DNA of 64,000 bases from Amoebophrya sp. A120. Lineage: Eukaryota; Protista; Dinoflagellata. The DNA is taken from contig CAJINV010000005.1 of NCBI GenBank assembly GCA_905178155.1, positions 8,893,318 to 8,957,317 of the forward strand. Reading direction: 5' to 3'. Position numbers and translations under genes: made by a program. Shown piece after piece: positions 37,201 to 47,895 of this stretch (positions are counted from its first letter, which is position 1; every line of letters starts with the position of its first letter). A model generated the notes under the pieces. It made no database searches. It worked only from the letters and a program-made list of their open reading frames with translations, and had not been told where the DNA came from.

Positions 37201-40200
37201 GAAACGGGCATGGAACTCCGAGAGGAACGGATGGATCTTCCGAGGGAAGGCGAAATGAAGACGGAATCCCCAGAGACACACACCTTCCGAACGCAGGAGA
37301 CACAAATGGAATCTCGGGAACTTCGGAAGGCGAAAGCCCCGACAACTTTCGAAAGAGGGCCGTAAAACAACCTGGGCGCGCAAAGCTTAGCTCTAACATT
37401 ATTTGCCACTTCTCTATCGACCAGAGGAAGAAAAGCCATACATGTTTGATAATCGTGGCCGCGTTTGAAAAAAAAAAATATTTTCCCGCTTGATGTCGCG
37501 GTGGAGGACCTGATAATTCGCATGATTTGTTTTCAAATGCGGGCGTCGTTCTTGTGGTAAAGTGAAAGCACTATGAGGCTCTTTGTCATGCGAAAATGAG
37601 GTTGTGAAATCAACTGGCGTCATGCATAATTATAATAATAGTGAAACGACTTTGCCCTCCCCCTTTGCTATAATCTATAGGAGGCACTTAGAAAAATAAT
37701 TCTAAACGAATGTGCTTAGAAGGTCTCGTCTAGAAGCTTCGCGTAACAGATTGAACGCGTTCCCGTTATCTGTACCCCGTACCGTCGTGCAAAATGTTAC
37801 GCTGCACGCTCTGGCGAGCAGCAGAGCAAAGCCACGCATCAACTTCAGTGTGATTTTGCTAGAGAAAGCGTGAAAATGATGGCCAAGAGCTCCCTGGCCA
37901 TCCCCTTGCCTTCGCTCGGGCAAAAGTTTTCCAAGGGGGGCATGCCCAGTCTGTCAGGCAAAAGCGGCGGCCGCGAGCTCCGGGGCCAAAAGCATCACTT
38001 ACCGGCCGGGCAAAATTGATGGCCAAAAGCCCCTCCTGGGCCATCACTTTCCGGTCGGGCAGAGTGATCCCTGGCCGTCCCTTTCCGGCCGGCAAAAGTG
38101 ATGGCCAAAAATTCCACGGCCAGCCACCAACTTTCGCTCGGGCAAAAGTGATGGCCAAGAAGAGCTCCCTGGCCATCGCTTTTGGCCATCACTTCCCGGT
38201 CGGGCAAAAGAAAGTGATGGCAGAGAGGCCCTTGGCCATCACTTCCCGGGCGGGCAAAAGCGACGGCACGGCCAGGACCTCCTTGGCCATGCATGTGTCG
38301 GTCGCTTTTCGCTCGGGCAAAAGTGTTTCCGGTTCGTCGGGCGAAAGTGATGGCCTGGAGCCACTTGGCCATCACTCTGCACGGGCAAAAGTGATGGCCG
38401 ATAGCTCCCCGGCCGCCACTTTTCGCTCGGACGGACAGCCGGGCAGCCAGGCAAAGTGATGGCCAGGAGCCCCTTGGATGGGTGGCCATCACTTTCGGCG
38501 GCTATCATTTTCGTTCCGATCGGGCAAAAGTGACGGGCAGAAGTTCCTCGGCCATCAGCATCGCCGTCCGATCGGTTCGGGCAAGTGAAAAAGTGGCGGC
38601 CGATAAAAAATGTTTTCCCGCTTGATGTCGCGGTGGAGGACCTGATAATTTGCATGATTTTCTGTAAAATGCGTGCAAAGTGAAAGTACTTGAGGTTCTT
38701 TGTCATGCGAAAATGAGGTTGTGAATAAATCAACTGCCATGCATAGAGTTACAATGTATATTACCTTGTGCCGGTGCATCCACAGCAGCCCAGACACGCA
38801 ATCCCGCATAATCGAGCAGAACTGTTTTTCGTTCCGAATAATGCCCATCATGTCAATCGACCCCGGTGTGTAAAGCGGCATCACGATGTAAAAGCACTTT
38901 AGATTCTTCTTCAGTGCCTCCTGCGTCTTCGAGTTGATCGGCTTCAATTGCTGTTCTACTTTATCCGCCGCTGTGACCGCGGGGGATTTCATTTTACTCT
39001 TCTTGTTGTTCCCCTCTTCTGTTATTTTCGCCTGCTTGCTGGGTTTTGAAATAACGGGCTGATCCTCCTCCTCCTCTCTTGCAATCTCGATGTTTATCAT
39101 TTGTAAAAACGTCCCCACTCCAGAGTCAAGATGGGGATTTTGCAACACAAACCTTAAAGTTTTGGGAGCCACGCATGACAAGTTGCAGGCTGTGATATAA
39201 TGCAGTTTAGCAAGAGAAGCCGCATAAGAAATCCAGCTCCTTATCCTGTTCACAGCATTACAAGTTCCAAAACACGATGGGAAATGCCTCTCGTGGGGAT
39301 GCGCATTACAAATGCTCAGCTCTTGTGCTTGCAGATCTGCATGACAACTCTGGGCTGGGGATGTTTTTGCACAGGATAATGTTCTGCGCCTCTTTGTTCA
39401 TGTAGATGGACACAATGGGCGTGATGTTTGGGTGCGGAAGGTGCTTCATGAAGTGGATCTCGCGGAGCAGGCGGATGTTGTCCTCCCAGTCGTTATCGAA
39501 CGCTTTTTCATGCGGGAGGGAGACCTGATAGAGTTCATTAGACGAATTTGTGAAGCAAATATCCTCGTATGTGAGGACTTCCCAGCAGTCCAACTTCCAC
39601 AAAAGTCGCTTTATGCATGCTCAAACCCGCCAGTTCTGCCTCAGTTCTCATCTGCAGCACAAACAAAACACTATACCTTCTTCACCGCGATCTGGTCGCA
39701 GCCATGGTACCGCTTCGGGTTTAACACTCGGCACTTACACACCACCCCGTATCCTCCTTCCGATAAATACTGTGCCCGGTCCGTTTCCGGTGGCACCTCG
39801 AAGTATCAAATGTAAAAGTGTCTGGCTCTGGAAGATTCTGACACTTGTCATGCACGTTTTGCATGAGCCATGATGTCTGTGATGCATACCATAGCAATAC
39901 AGATTTTTTGAGGACTTCTTGATGCCTATTCCGAATGACAAATGCCTTCTCAGCGTAGCAAAAATTGCATTCCCTTTGGTACTCATGCAATACAGATTTT
40001 TCTGGAATCCCAATGCAGCATCACAAGTTCGGATTCTTCCAGACCCAGACATTTTTACATTTGATACGAAGGTAGCGCCGTTGAGGATGGCTTCGTGGCA
40101 GGCGAGGGAGGAGCTGACGGGGTTCAATTTTTCGTCCACCACACCCGCGGCAATGGCGTTTTATGGTGAGCAAAGACGTCCTCCCCCCAGAGTCAAGATC

Positions 40201-40501
40201 GGAAACCTGCTAGACAAATCGCCAGGCTTTGGCTGTTGCGCATGACAAAATTGGGCTCGCAGTGTAGTCGTGCTTAGCTAGTGCAGCAGCATCACAGATC
40301 TAGCATACTACGCGAATTTGAGCATCACAAATCTCAAAACACCAATAGCAACTGCTTCTCCTGGGTTTCTGCATGAGAAACATTTTGAGCATGCAGGTTT
40401 GCATTACAACTCTGGGGCGGGGACGTTTTTACAAATGATACGTTGCCGAGGATCTTTTTCAACGCGTCCTTGTCCAGATGATCGAGCAACGAGGACATCA
40501 T
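31210..40501 (-). CDS. Ser/Thr protein kinase, CMGC/MAPK-like (~910 aa, 10 exons)
   Basis: Exons 40441-40501, 40067-40156, 39677-39798, 39379-39524, 38765-39089, 33571-34129, 33262-33312, 32681-33041, 32278-32396 and 31210-32108 total 2733 nt in one frame. Motifs: SEGGYGVV, IAVKK, LLREI..HPNI, HRDIKREN, DLG, YLAPE, DIWALGCVFYEM, DIIKKCLQFYPAERITAQEL. Confidence 0.88.
32114..32277. mobile_element. Introner family D
   Basis: D TIRs; DR AAGTG/AAGTA; in frame. Confidence 0.9.
32402..32680. mobile_element. Introner family B
   Basis: B TIRs; DR TGTTC/TGCTC; in frame. Confidence 0.92.
33047..33261. mobile_element. Introner family E
   Basis: tatgaaagtgcacaatttcccctccccc ... ggggagggggagttgtgcactgtcata; DR GCTCC/GTTCC; in frame. 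Confidence 0.92.
33318..33570. mobile_element. Introner family A
   Basis: A TIRs; perfect DR TAGAA; in frame. Confidence 0.93.
35915..36070. repeat. Short-unit tandem repeat (ggaatcaagtt)
   Basis: ggaatcaagttg recurs at 15-21 bp spacing. Confidence 0.85.
36890..37360. repeat. Degenerate tandem repeat (gaaggcgaaatgga..tccccgagac..ccttcc)
   Basis: Recurrent ggcgaaa / atcccc / ttccga motifs. Confidence 0.7.
37870..38600. repeat. Palindromic tandem repeat (ggcaaaagtgatggcc...ggccatcacttt)
   Basis: Multiple units with gtgatggcc/ggccatcac inverted pairs. Confidence 0.85.
39095..39378. mobile_element. Introner family B
   Basis: B TIRs; perfect DR ATGTT; in frame. Confidence 0.93.
39525..39676 (-). 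other. Canonical GT-AG intron (kinase)
   Basis: AAG|gtatag ... tatcag|GTC joins IAVKK-VSLPHEKAF. Confidence 0.85.
39804..40066. mobile_element. Introner family A
   Basis: A TIRs; perfect DR CGAAG; in frame just before the Gly-rich loop. Confidence 0.94.
40162..40440. mobile_element. Introner family B
   Basis: B TIRs; DR CGTTT/CGTTG; in frame. Confidence 0.9.
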
Positions 40502-43500
40502 CTTTGACGAGTTTAGAAGATTTTATATTTGTCGCTTTATCTTTTTCAAAAGGGTATTAATTTTCTAAAACTAAGTATAACGCTCTCGATTCTTATTGCT
40601 GGTGCTGTCCTGCTAGAAGAACAAGAAGTTGCTGTACGTATTGGTGATATAGACGGACGCTCTTGCCGCGTGGGTGCGTAAAAATGCGTGTAGAAATGAT
40701 TCGTCGCGGCGGAATGGGATTGAGTACTATGTCTATGAGGACCTGTAGTTGCAGTGTTTCAAGAAAGCTGCTATCACTATCGCTATCAACGACAGGAGGG
40801 CTACAACAGTAAATACGACGGCGACGCGGCAGAAGTGGCCTGACGATGCAAGAACTAGCTGTCTTTTGGCTTCTTTACTCTTTGACAACTCTACTCCCTG
40901 CTCCTGATGGAAACTGTTTGTTCTCCTGTGTCGCTAATTTGTCATGCTAATATGCAGAAGTACTGACTGAGAAGGTGGAAGAAACCTATATCTATAAAGA
41001 ACTACGCTACTAAAACCGGAACAAGCTTTACGACTTCAAATTGCTATCAATGACTATCGTTCGCCACCATTGACCTGACTGGGATTGGAAAATAGCATTT
41101 TCTAGCTACGAAAAATCTGCATAGTACGAGTATAATGTTGTAGACACAATTTGATAGTGGCGTGAACGTGAAGAGAACAGATGAGCCAACCATTTATGAT
41201 AGCCGCGAGGTCAACATGAGAAATTGTGCTGCTACAAAGCTGCTGCACTACACCGACTTTCAGATGTTTTCTCTTTGATTTTTTCGCACAACATGATTAG
41301 TGATCGCCATTTTGCGGCAGGGTCGATTTGCTGATCCAGTGATTTATCTGACTTTGATGCTTTCAGCTCACAAGCTTTTGCACAAAGAAAATCTTCCGAC
41401 TGTAACTGTGATTGGCACTACAGGACAAGAATGGCACTTTTTCTCGCACAAGAATTTTTCCTTCTCCATCTTGTAGTTGACGACGTCGTACGACTTTGTC
41501 GTGCCAGTGAATCCACACGACTTCGTGCCAATTCGCTCGAAAGCAGTCCCACAACGTCCGATGTCTATTTTGATTTCCACACAAGAATCAATATTGCCCG
41601 AGTTTGTCGTCCACAAAGAAGACTTGGATAAAAGAACAAGAACGCGGCAAAGTACGCAACACACGACAACAAGCGTGCACACAACACTTGCGCAGCAATA
41701 GCATTTCAATCACGCGCACGCCATTACTCCTGCACAACACGATGTTGCACTAACTGTGAGAAGACAAATCGAAGAACTAAAGAGCTTTCTTCATTGTCAT
41801 CTAAAAAAACAAAATTGAGCAGACATTTTTGAAGACGCATTTTTGTCTCATTGAAAAGAACTTTGCAGAGAGGAGCAGAGCACTAGCGCACGTCAGCTCT
41901 TTTTCCCCCCACCAGCGGTTCCCTCTCCCTCTTTTTCTGCGAGGGCCGCTAGGGAGGTCGAGTGGTTTTGATTTTTCATCCATTTTTCCCGTGCGGCATT
42001 ACCGTTTGCTTGCAGGAAGTGAAATTCTTTTGAGAAAAAAGTACAGTATGGTCCGCGTGTCGGCGAGGGGGCGTATGTACCTCTAGACCACTCCTGCATA
42101 TCTGTAGTTTTCGACGTTGTGTTCATACTTACTGCACCTAGGGTAGTTGTGCTTGTTCGGGTTGCGCTGTTTTCTCAAAAAATTTGAAGCCCCAAGAACT
42201 TCTTCACTGCAATTCATTAGTGCGATGGATTTAACAGTACTAAACCACTCTGAGGAAAGACAAAGAGATGTTCATTGTCATAGTGCACAATACGATACGA
42301 AATGATCGTGCTATATTTTTTTGCATTTGGGCGGGTTTTGAGATGTATGCAGATGAGTACGTAGGTCAGCATCAAACCCAGCTTCTTCTAAATTTTTATC
42401 TGTGGCACTTCAATAGTACTACACCTGTGTTCTCTAGACCAATGACAGCTCGATTTTTTTGTGGCGCCAGTCGAAGTACTTACTAGGACAACTGCGTGCA
42501 TCTACAGGTGTTTGTAGTAGCTCCTACTTCATGCTGATTCGGTAGTAGAACCAGCTACAAAACCCGACTCGGCTTCGAGTCGCCTGGACGAAAACGTGGA
42601 CTCTGGCTTATATACATCGTAGTTTCAGGAGGTTTGTATTCGTTTACGTTTTTTGTTTTTTCTATAGCCTCCTCATATTTTTGCAAAATCTCCGGCATTA
42701 TGCAAAACTTAACCACTAAATACTTTATTTTCTACCTGTTTTAAACTACCTGTAATTTGTTCTTGCGTCGAAGGTCCATGCGCTTTTTTTGTTCTTCGTG
42801 CTGTTGCAATTGAAGCCTCTAACTACTTATGTTGGGTTTTCATTGCAAAAGCAAAACCCGGGTCACAATCTGGTTGTTCTGCTATAAAGGTCCTATAGAA
42901 CTCTGAGAAAAGATGTGCATCGGCAAAAACCATTTTCTGCTGGTGCGGCATAGATAAAAAATGGGCAGTGAAAAGGGACTTAAAAAACCACTCGAGGTGC
43001 TTGTCGACTGTAAGAGGCCGCTATATTTCTGTGCTTGTTATGGCGGTAAAACATCTAACAGACAGGCTTCGAAACGAAAACTTCGAAGATTAGATGCACT
43101 CTGTCTAGTAGAACGCGCTACAGTAGTTGTTGCAAATTGGCTCTGTATTTTTAGCAAAACGACCTCCTACAGTGCGACAATATAGGTTCGGAGAAAGAGG
43201 GATAGTTCTAGTGGTCGAAAGTATAAGTAACAGGCCCTTCCCGCATGACAAAAGCAATCACTGGAAAAATGCGACTACTCCTGCACGACAGGAAGACTGA
43301 GGATAAAAAGAACTTCTTGCAGAGGACTTCTGAAGGAAGGAACTAAACTTCTCATGTGTAGTTTTTAGTATCTGCTGCTGTTGCTGTTCTATTTTGCCGG
43401 CTGCCAGCAATTTTCGGGAAAAAAAAATTTATCCTCCCGTATAGAGACAAGCAAACATGTGCTAAATTCCCAAATAAAAGACGAGTCATAGAGGAATTCT

Positions 43501-43713
43501 CTCCCCGCGGCTGGGGATGAAAACCCTGCTTTTGATGCAAAAGTAAAAGTTAAAAGTAAAGAAGTCGTGTCGCAGGATTGAGTATCGTATCGTCCCAAAT
43601 TTTTCCGTTTGTCGCTTTTTTCTTCGGCAGAAGATAACCTTTCTCCATGCTGTTATGCGCAGGAGACGAGCGGAGAAGATGTCACCTCCGGATCAACATT
43701 ATTCATTGTCGTC

Positions 43714-46643
43714 TTAATTCATGTTGTCCATTGCGTTCTTAATCTCCGGTCTCGCAAACATCTTCAACAGAGAATCTAGCAACTGCGACAGATTGCTGCA
43801 ATCGCACCACACCGGCTGCCCATCGTCGCCCGTTTCCTGGTGCTCTGCACCGGTTTCTAGTGTTGGTGAAGAATTCGAATGGTCGCACTCGTGAAAGTAG
43901 TACAGGAAAACCATGAGCCCCGCGCCCGCTGCCACGAAGGTCTGTTTTAATAGTACGATTTTTTTTTTGATGACGATTCAGAACCAGACACTAGATCGCG
44001 TCGCAACAAATGCATGACAACTTGTTCCACTTCAATAAACGACGAGTATGTTGCAACACTGTCATTTTGCTGCACTAGTAGCACTACTGCAGCAGCAAGC
44101 GAAGTTGAAAAATAAGTAATTGCAACCACCTATACCACGACCACCTTTTATAGCAACATGTTGAGAAACAAACAATCTCCATTCTCATATACCAAAAACT
44201 TCGCCGCCGCCTTGCTCGCGCTTTTCGCGGTGTCGCACTCAAACACTTCCGGCACAATTTCCGTTACTCCTACGTAGATCAACGTCCCGCACGCCAGAGC
44301 GTTCAAATACGGCCCAATAATTTGCATCTGCTCCTCCGCCACGTTGTGTGCCGCCGTGTAAATAATCACCCCGATCGGACTGCTGCAGGCGCAGAGGAAA
44401 TTCAACAAAAAGAATTTACACCCGTCGAAGTCCGCTTTCAACAGCGACAAAGACAACACAAACCCCTCCACCCACTTGTGCGCGGCTAACGCTACCACCG
44501 TCGCCATTCCGTTCGACCAGGGGTTCGTCCCCTTAAAGGTCGAAGCCGCTGCCCACCCCTCAAACACCCCGTGTAATGACAGCGCGAGCATGAGGAAAAC
44601 CGCGGACATGGTGCTTGCGCCGAGCGGAACTCCGTGTTGGTGCCCGTGGTTGTCGTGGCCGTGGCAACCGAGGTCCTCGTCGGAATGGTGGTGGTGCTCG
44701 TGAACGTAGTGGGAGTAATTGGATTTTCGCCTTTGCTGGGACAAAATGCTGTTTCTGGGGCTACCCCTTCCGTGGATGTAGTGGTTGCCTGAGGGAGCGT
44801 TGCTGATTATCAAATGCAAAAATGTCTGGGTCTGGAAGATTGCGAGACTTGTCATGCTAGTTTGGCATGACTAAAAAGTTTGTGATGCGTGTCCAAGAAG
44901 AGACCCTCTTGCCTGTGATGCAAAAACGCAGTTTGTCATGCGAAAAACGCAACACAAAGAAGCGCAGATATTTCTCATGCTTGGCTGTGCATTACAGAAC
45001 ATTCGCTATTCCCAACGCAGCATTACAAGTTTCCAGACCCAGACATTTTTACATTTGCTACTGATTCTTCCATGATTTTCTTTTGATTTTATCGCCGAAT
45101 CGTCAATCCCGACTTTGGACTTTTTACTTGCTGTCGACCGGTCGCTCATTCTACTAGACGGGTAAAGAAGATTATTGGGCGTGGCGAGTAAGTGTTGCGT
45201 CTGCTCATTGTGCAGCAAATGGTGGCCGCCCGGATGTCCGCTGGTCAGTTGGTTCTCGATATCCTCGGGGGCCTCTGGTTCGTCAAGGACTTTGATTTTG
45301 TCATCCTCTTCGTCACTGTGGTCGTGCTGGCAGCCATGGCTATGTGATCCGCAGTCGTGCCCGTGGCTGTCATGTGCACCAGATACTGCACCATGCTGAT
45401 GTCCGTGTCCGTGACTAACGTGATTATTTCCCTGTCCGTGCACGTGTGAGTGCCCGCACGTATGATCCTCGAAGTCCTCTCCATCCTCCAAACTATTTCC
45501 GTGCGCGTGACAGCCGCTGGCGTGATGATTATCAAATGCAAAAATGTCTGGGTCTGGAAGAGTGGAACTTGTCATGCAGATTTTCCATGACCCATGAGGT
45601 CTGGAATGCGGGACTTAGCATGACAGGCTCTGCGAGGTCTCTGCCATCCCTATCCTGCATGAGAAACTCCCTCCCAACTTGGTCGAAAGAGGACAGCGAC
45701 AGCTTTTGGCTCTCATGCAACACAGATTTTTGTATGCTTCAGACTTACCATGACAAATTACCACCTTCCAGACCCAGACATATTTGCAATGCATACTGAT
45801 GTTCTTTCGCGGGCGAGGATTTCGGGGTAAACCACAATGCGAACACCCGTTCGAAAAAGAGAATCAAGCTGTACCCGCCGAATAAAGTTACGCCCATCAA
45901 CTGCAACTTCCCCTCCAGTGCCTCCGTGTCGTCATGGGGAAGGGACATAAAGCCCGGTGGCGTGTTCGGGTCCCCGTGCGAATGGCCGTGGCCGTTACCG
46001 GCAGCAGCTCCGTGGCTGGTATTCCCAGTGTCCACCATCTGGGGGTTTATCTGCGGTCCGTACTCCCGAAAAAACCTCTCGTTGGGCTTGTGGTGTACGT
46101 GGCCGTCGTGTTCGAACTTTCTCAGATACAGACTTTTCCACTTCTCCGCAGAGGACTGCTGCACCGCGGTGAGCAAATCCATCACCACTTCCGGAATGAT
46201 GTGGAAGCAGGCCATGGCGAGGAACATCCCAGCCGCACCGACGTTGAAAAGGTCGAGGACGAAGAGGGAGATTCTGCCGCGGAGGATTTTCGCCAGATAG
46301 GACCCGAATAGAACGATGGAAATGAATATCGAATGCAAATATGTCTGGATGTCTGGAAACTTGTAATGTTGAATGGTCATGATGGCCTGTGCCTGTAAGT
46401 GCAGTGCAGCATGACAAATGTTTCAAACGCTTTCTCATGCGCAGAACGCATTACAAACTGCGGTTTTGCATGACGAAACAAGTGTGACGCTTTATAATTT
46501 GCTGCTTATGCAATACAGATTTTTTAGTAATGCAAAACATGCAATACAGGTTCAACCTTCCAGACCCAGGCATATGTGCACTCGATAATGAAGATCGAGA
46601 TGGTCGCCAAAGCGAACATCCACTGCTGCTGGTGGAAATCCAT
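43714..46643 (-). CDS. ZIP (SLC39/ZRT-IRT-like) zinc/iron transporter (~627 aa, 5 exons)
   Basis: Exons 46588-46643, 45796-46321, 45061-45524, 44193-44802 and 43714-43941 total 1884 nt. Motifs: NVGAAGMFLAMACFHIIPE, His-rich loops, LALSLHGVFEG, AHKWVEG, ACGTLIYVGVTEIVPE. GT-AG intron at 43942-44192. Confidence 0.92.
44808..45060. mobile_element. Introner family A
   Basis: A TIRs; perfect DR CTGAT; in frame. Confidence 0.94.
45530..45795. mobile_element. Introner family A
   Basis: A TIRs; DR ATGAT/CTGAT; in frame. Confidence 0.94.
46327..46587. mobile_element. Introner family A
   Basis: A TIRs; perfect DR ATGAA; in frame within TM1. Confidence 0.93.
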
Positions 46644-46676
46644 CTTGACGATAAGGAATTTGTTGTACTTGTGTTA

Positions 46677-46928
46677 TATCAAATGTAAAAATGTCTGGGT
46701 CTGGAAACTTGTGATGCTGTGTGGCATATCATGAGGAGGCCACAGTTGCTGGCTCAGCATGACAAGTTTCTGAGCTTCTAGGTGTTGCCTATTCTGCATG
46801 ACAAACTACGTTTCTGCATGACAGAAAAGTGGGGCTCTTTGGTGATGTGCATGACAGATTTAAGAGTCATGCCAGACAAGCATGACAAACTTGCATTTTT
46901 CCAGACCCAGACATTTTTACATTTGATA
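46677..46928. mobile_element. Introner family A (probable 5' UTR of ZIP gene)
   Basis: Near-perfect TIRs; perfect DR TGTTA. Confidence 0.93.
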
Positions 46929-47895
46929 TGTTATGCTGGTTCACAATTTGGATCTTCTTCCCTCAACTTAAATTTTCTTATAAATACCTCGCCAAGAAGA
47001 ACTTAACTTCTTTCTCGAAATTCAATTCAGGGTGCACCACGAGTAATAGATGTTGTTGCAAGTTGTTGTACTAGAGCAATTTTAGTGCCTGGTGCTCCAG
47101 AAATAATAAGTAAAACTTTTGAAACCACTAGAAAACGATCCTAAATGCCGATACACAACAACATCCTAGAGTCTTTATTCAATTCAACCACAAATAACTC
47201 ATGTACCACCCCTGTTAGATTGATGTAAATGACGTTGATTGATTCGGTTTCGGAGATTTATTTGAGCTCGCAGAGAATAAACAAAAGTAGAGCAGTACAT
47301 TGCTGCTTCTGGTATTTTTGTGTCCTAGATGCTACTTTCGTCTAAAGATCTCGCGATTATTATGGGAACTCGTGCAAAAAGATCCAAATCGCTGGATTTC
47401 ATTTTTGATCTGGATCACGATTTCGGTTGCAGATGTTGCAAAAAATGCATTACAAGTTTCGGAAAAATTTCGTACGCTGCGGATCTTCCAAAAAGCATTT
47501 TATGATTTCAACATAGCAGGATCCTTACCTTCTGCTCTGGGATTTGAGTTGAAATTGATGCAACACATGCGTACAGAAATGCGAACAAAATCAACATTTT
47601 CAAGCGGTTCGTTTCCCTCACATGATTAGATTAGAGTCCTGCCTCAAGACAATATTCCGCTTCGTCTTTAAAAAAACCTGATTACTCGCCCGCATTTGGC
47701 TCTATTTCAGAAAAAAAACTCACAGGGAAGAAGTTCAACAACTTCAATAATATTCGCTTCACAACAGTCGCTGATGTTTCATTTTCGCTACACACATTCA
47801 ATCATCACAGGTTTAGAAGATGTCGGGTTCCTTAAAAAATCGGCACATGACTTGACAGGCAGCACAGGAACTACGCCTGTAGCCCCTTACTGTTG

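Larger units (their letters stand above)
34092..38745 (-). repeat. Five dispersed direct repeats of the kinase splice acceptor + VLHRDIKRENIF exon start
   Basis: Identical 36-mer ttttcccgcttgatgtcgcggtggaggacctgataa at 34101, 35085, 35862, 37481 and 38613. Confidence 0.95.

Noticed and set aside
36374-38492. Long ORFs inside the kinase inserts
   Set aside because: Derived from minisatellites; no recognisable transposase or RT motif
34092-38648. CRISPR array (36-nt repeats with unique spacers)
   Set aside because: Spacers are 0.6-1.6 kb, the repeat is kinase coding sequence plus a splice acceptor, there are no cas genes and the context is eukaryotic
41363-41709. Short ORFs on both strands
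   Set aside because: No motif, no introner-supported frame; cannot be supported
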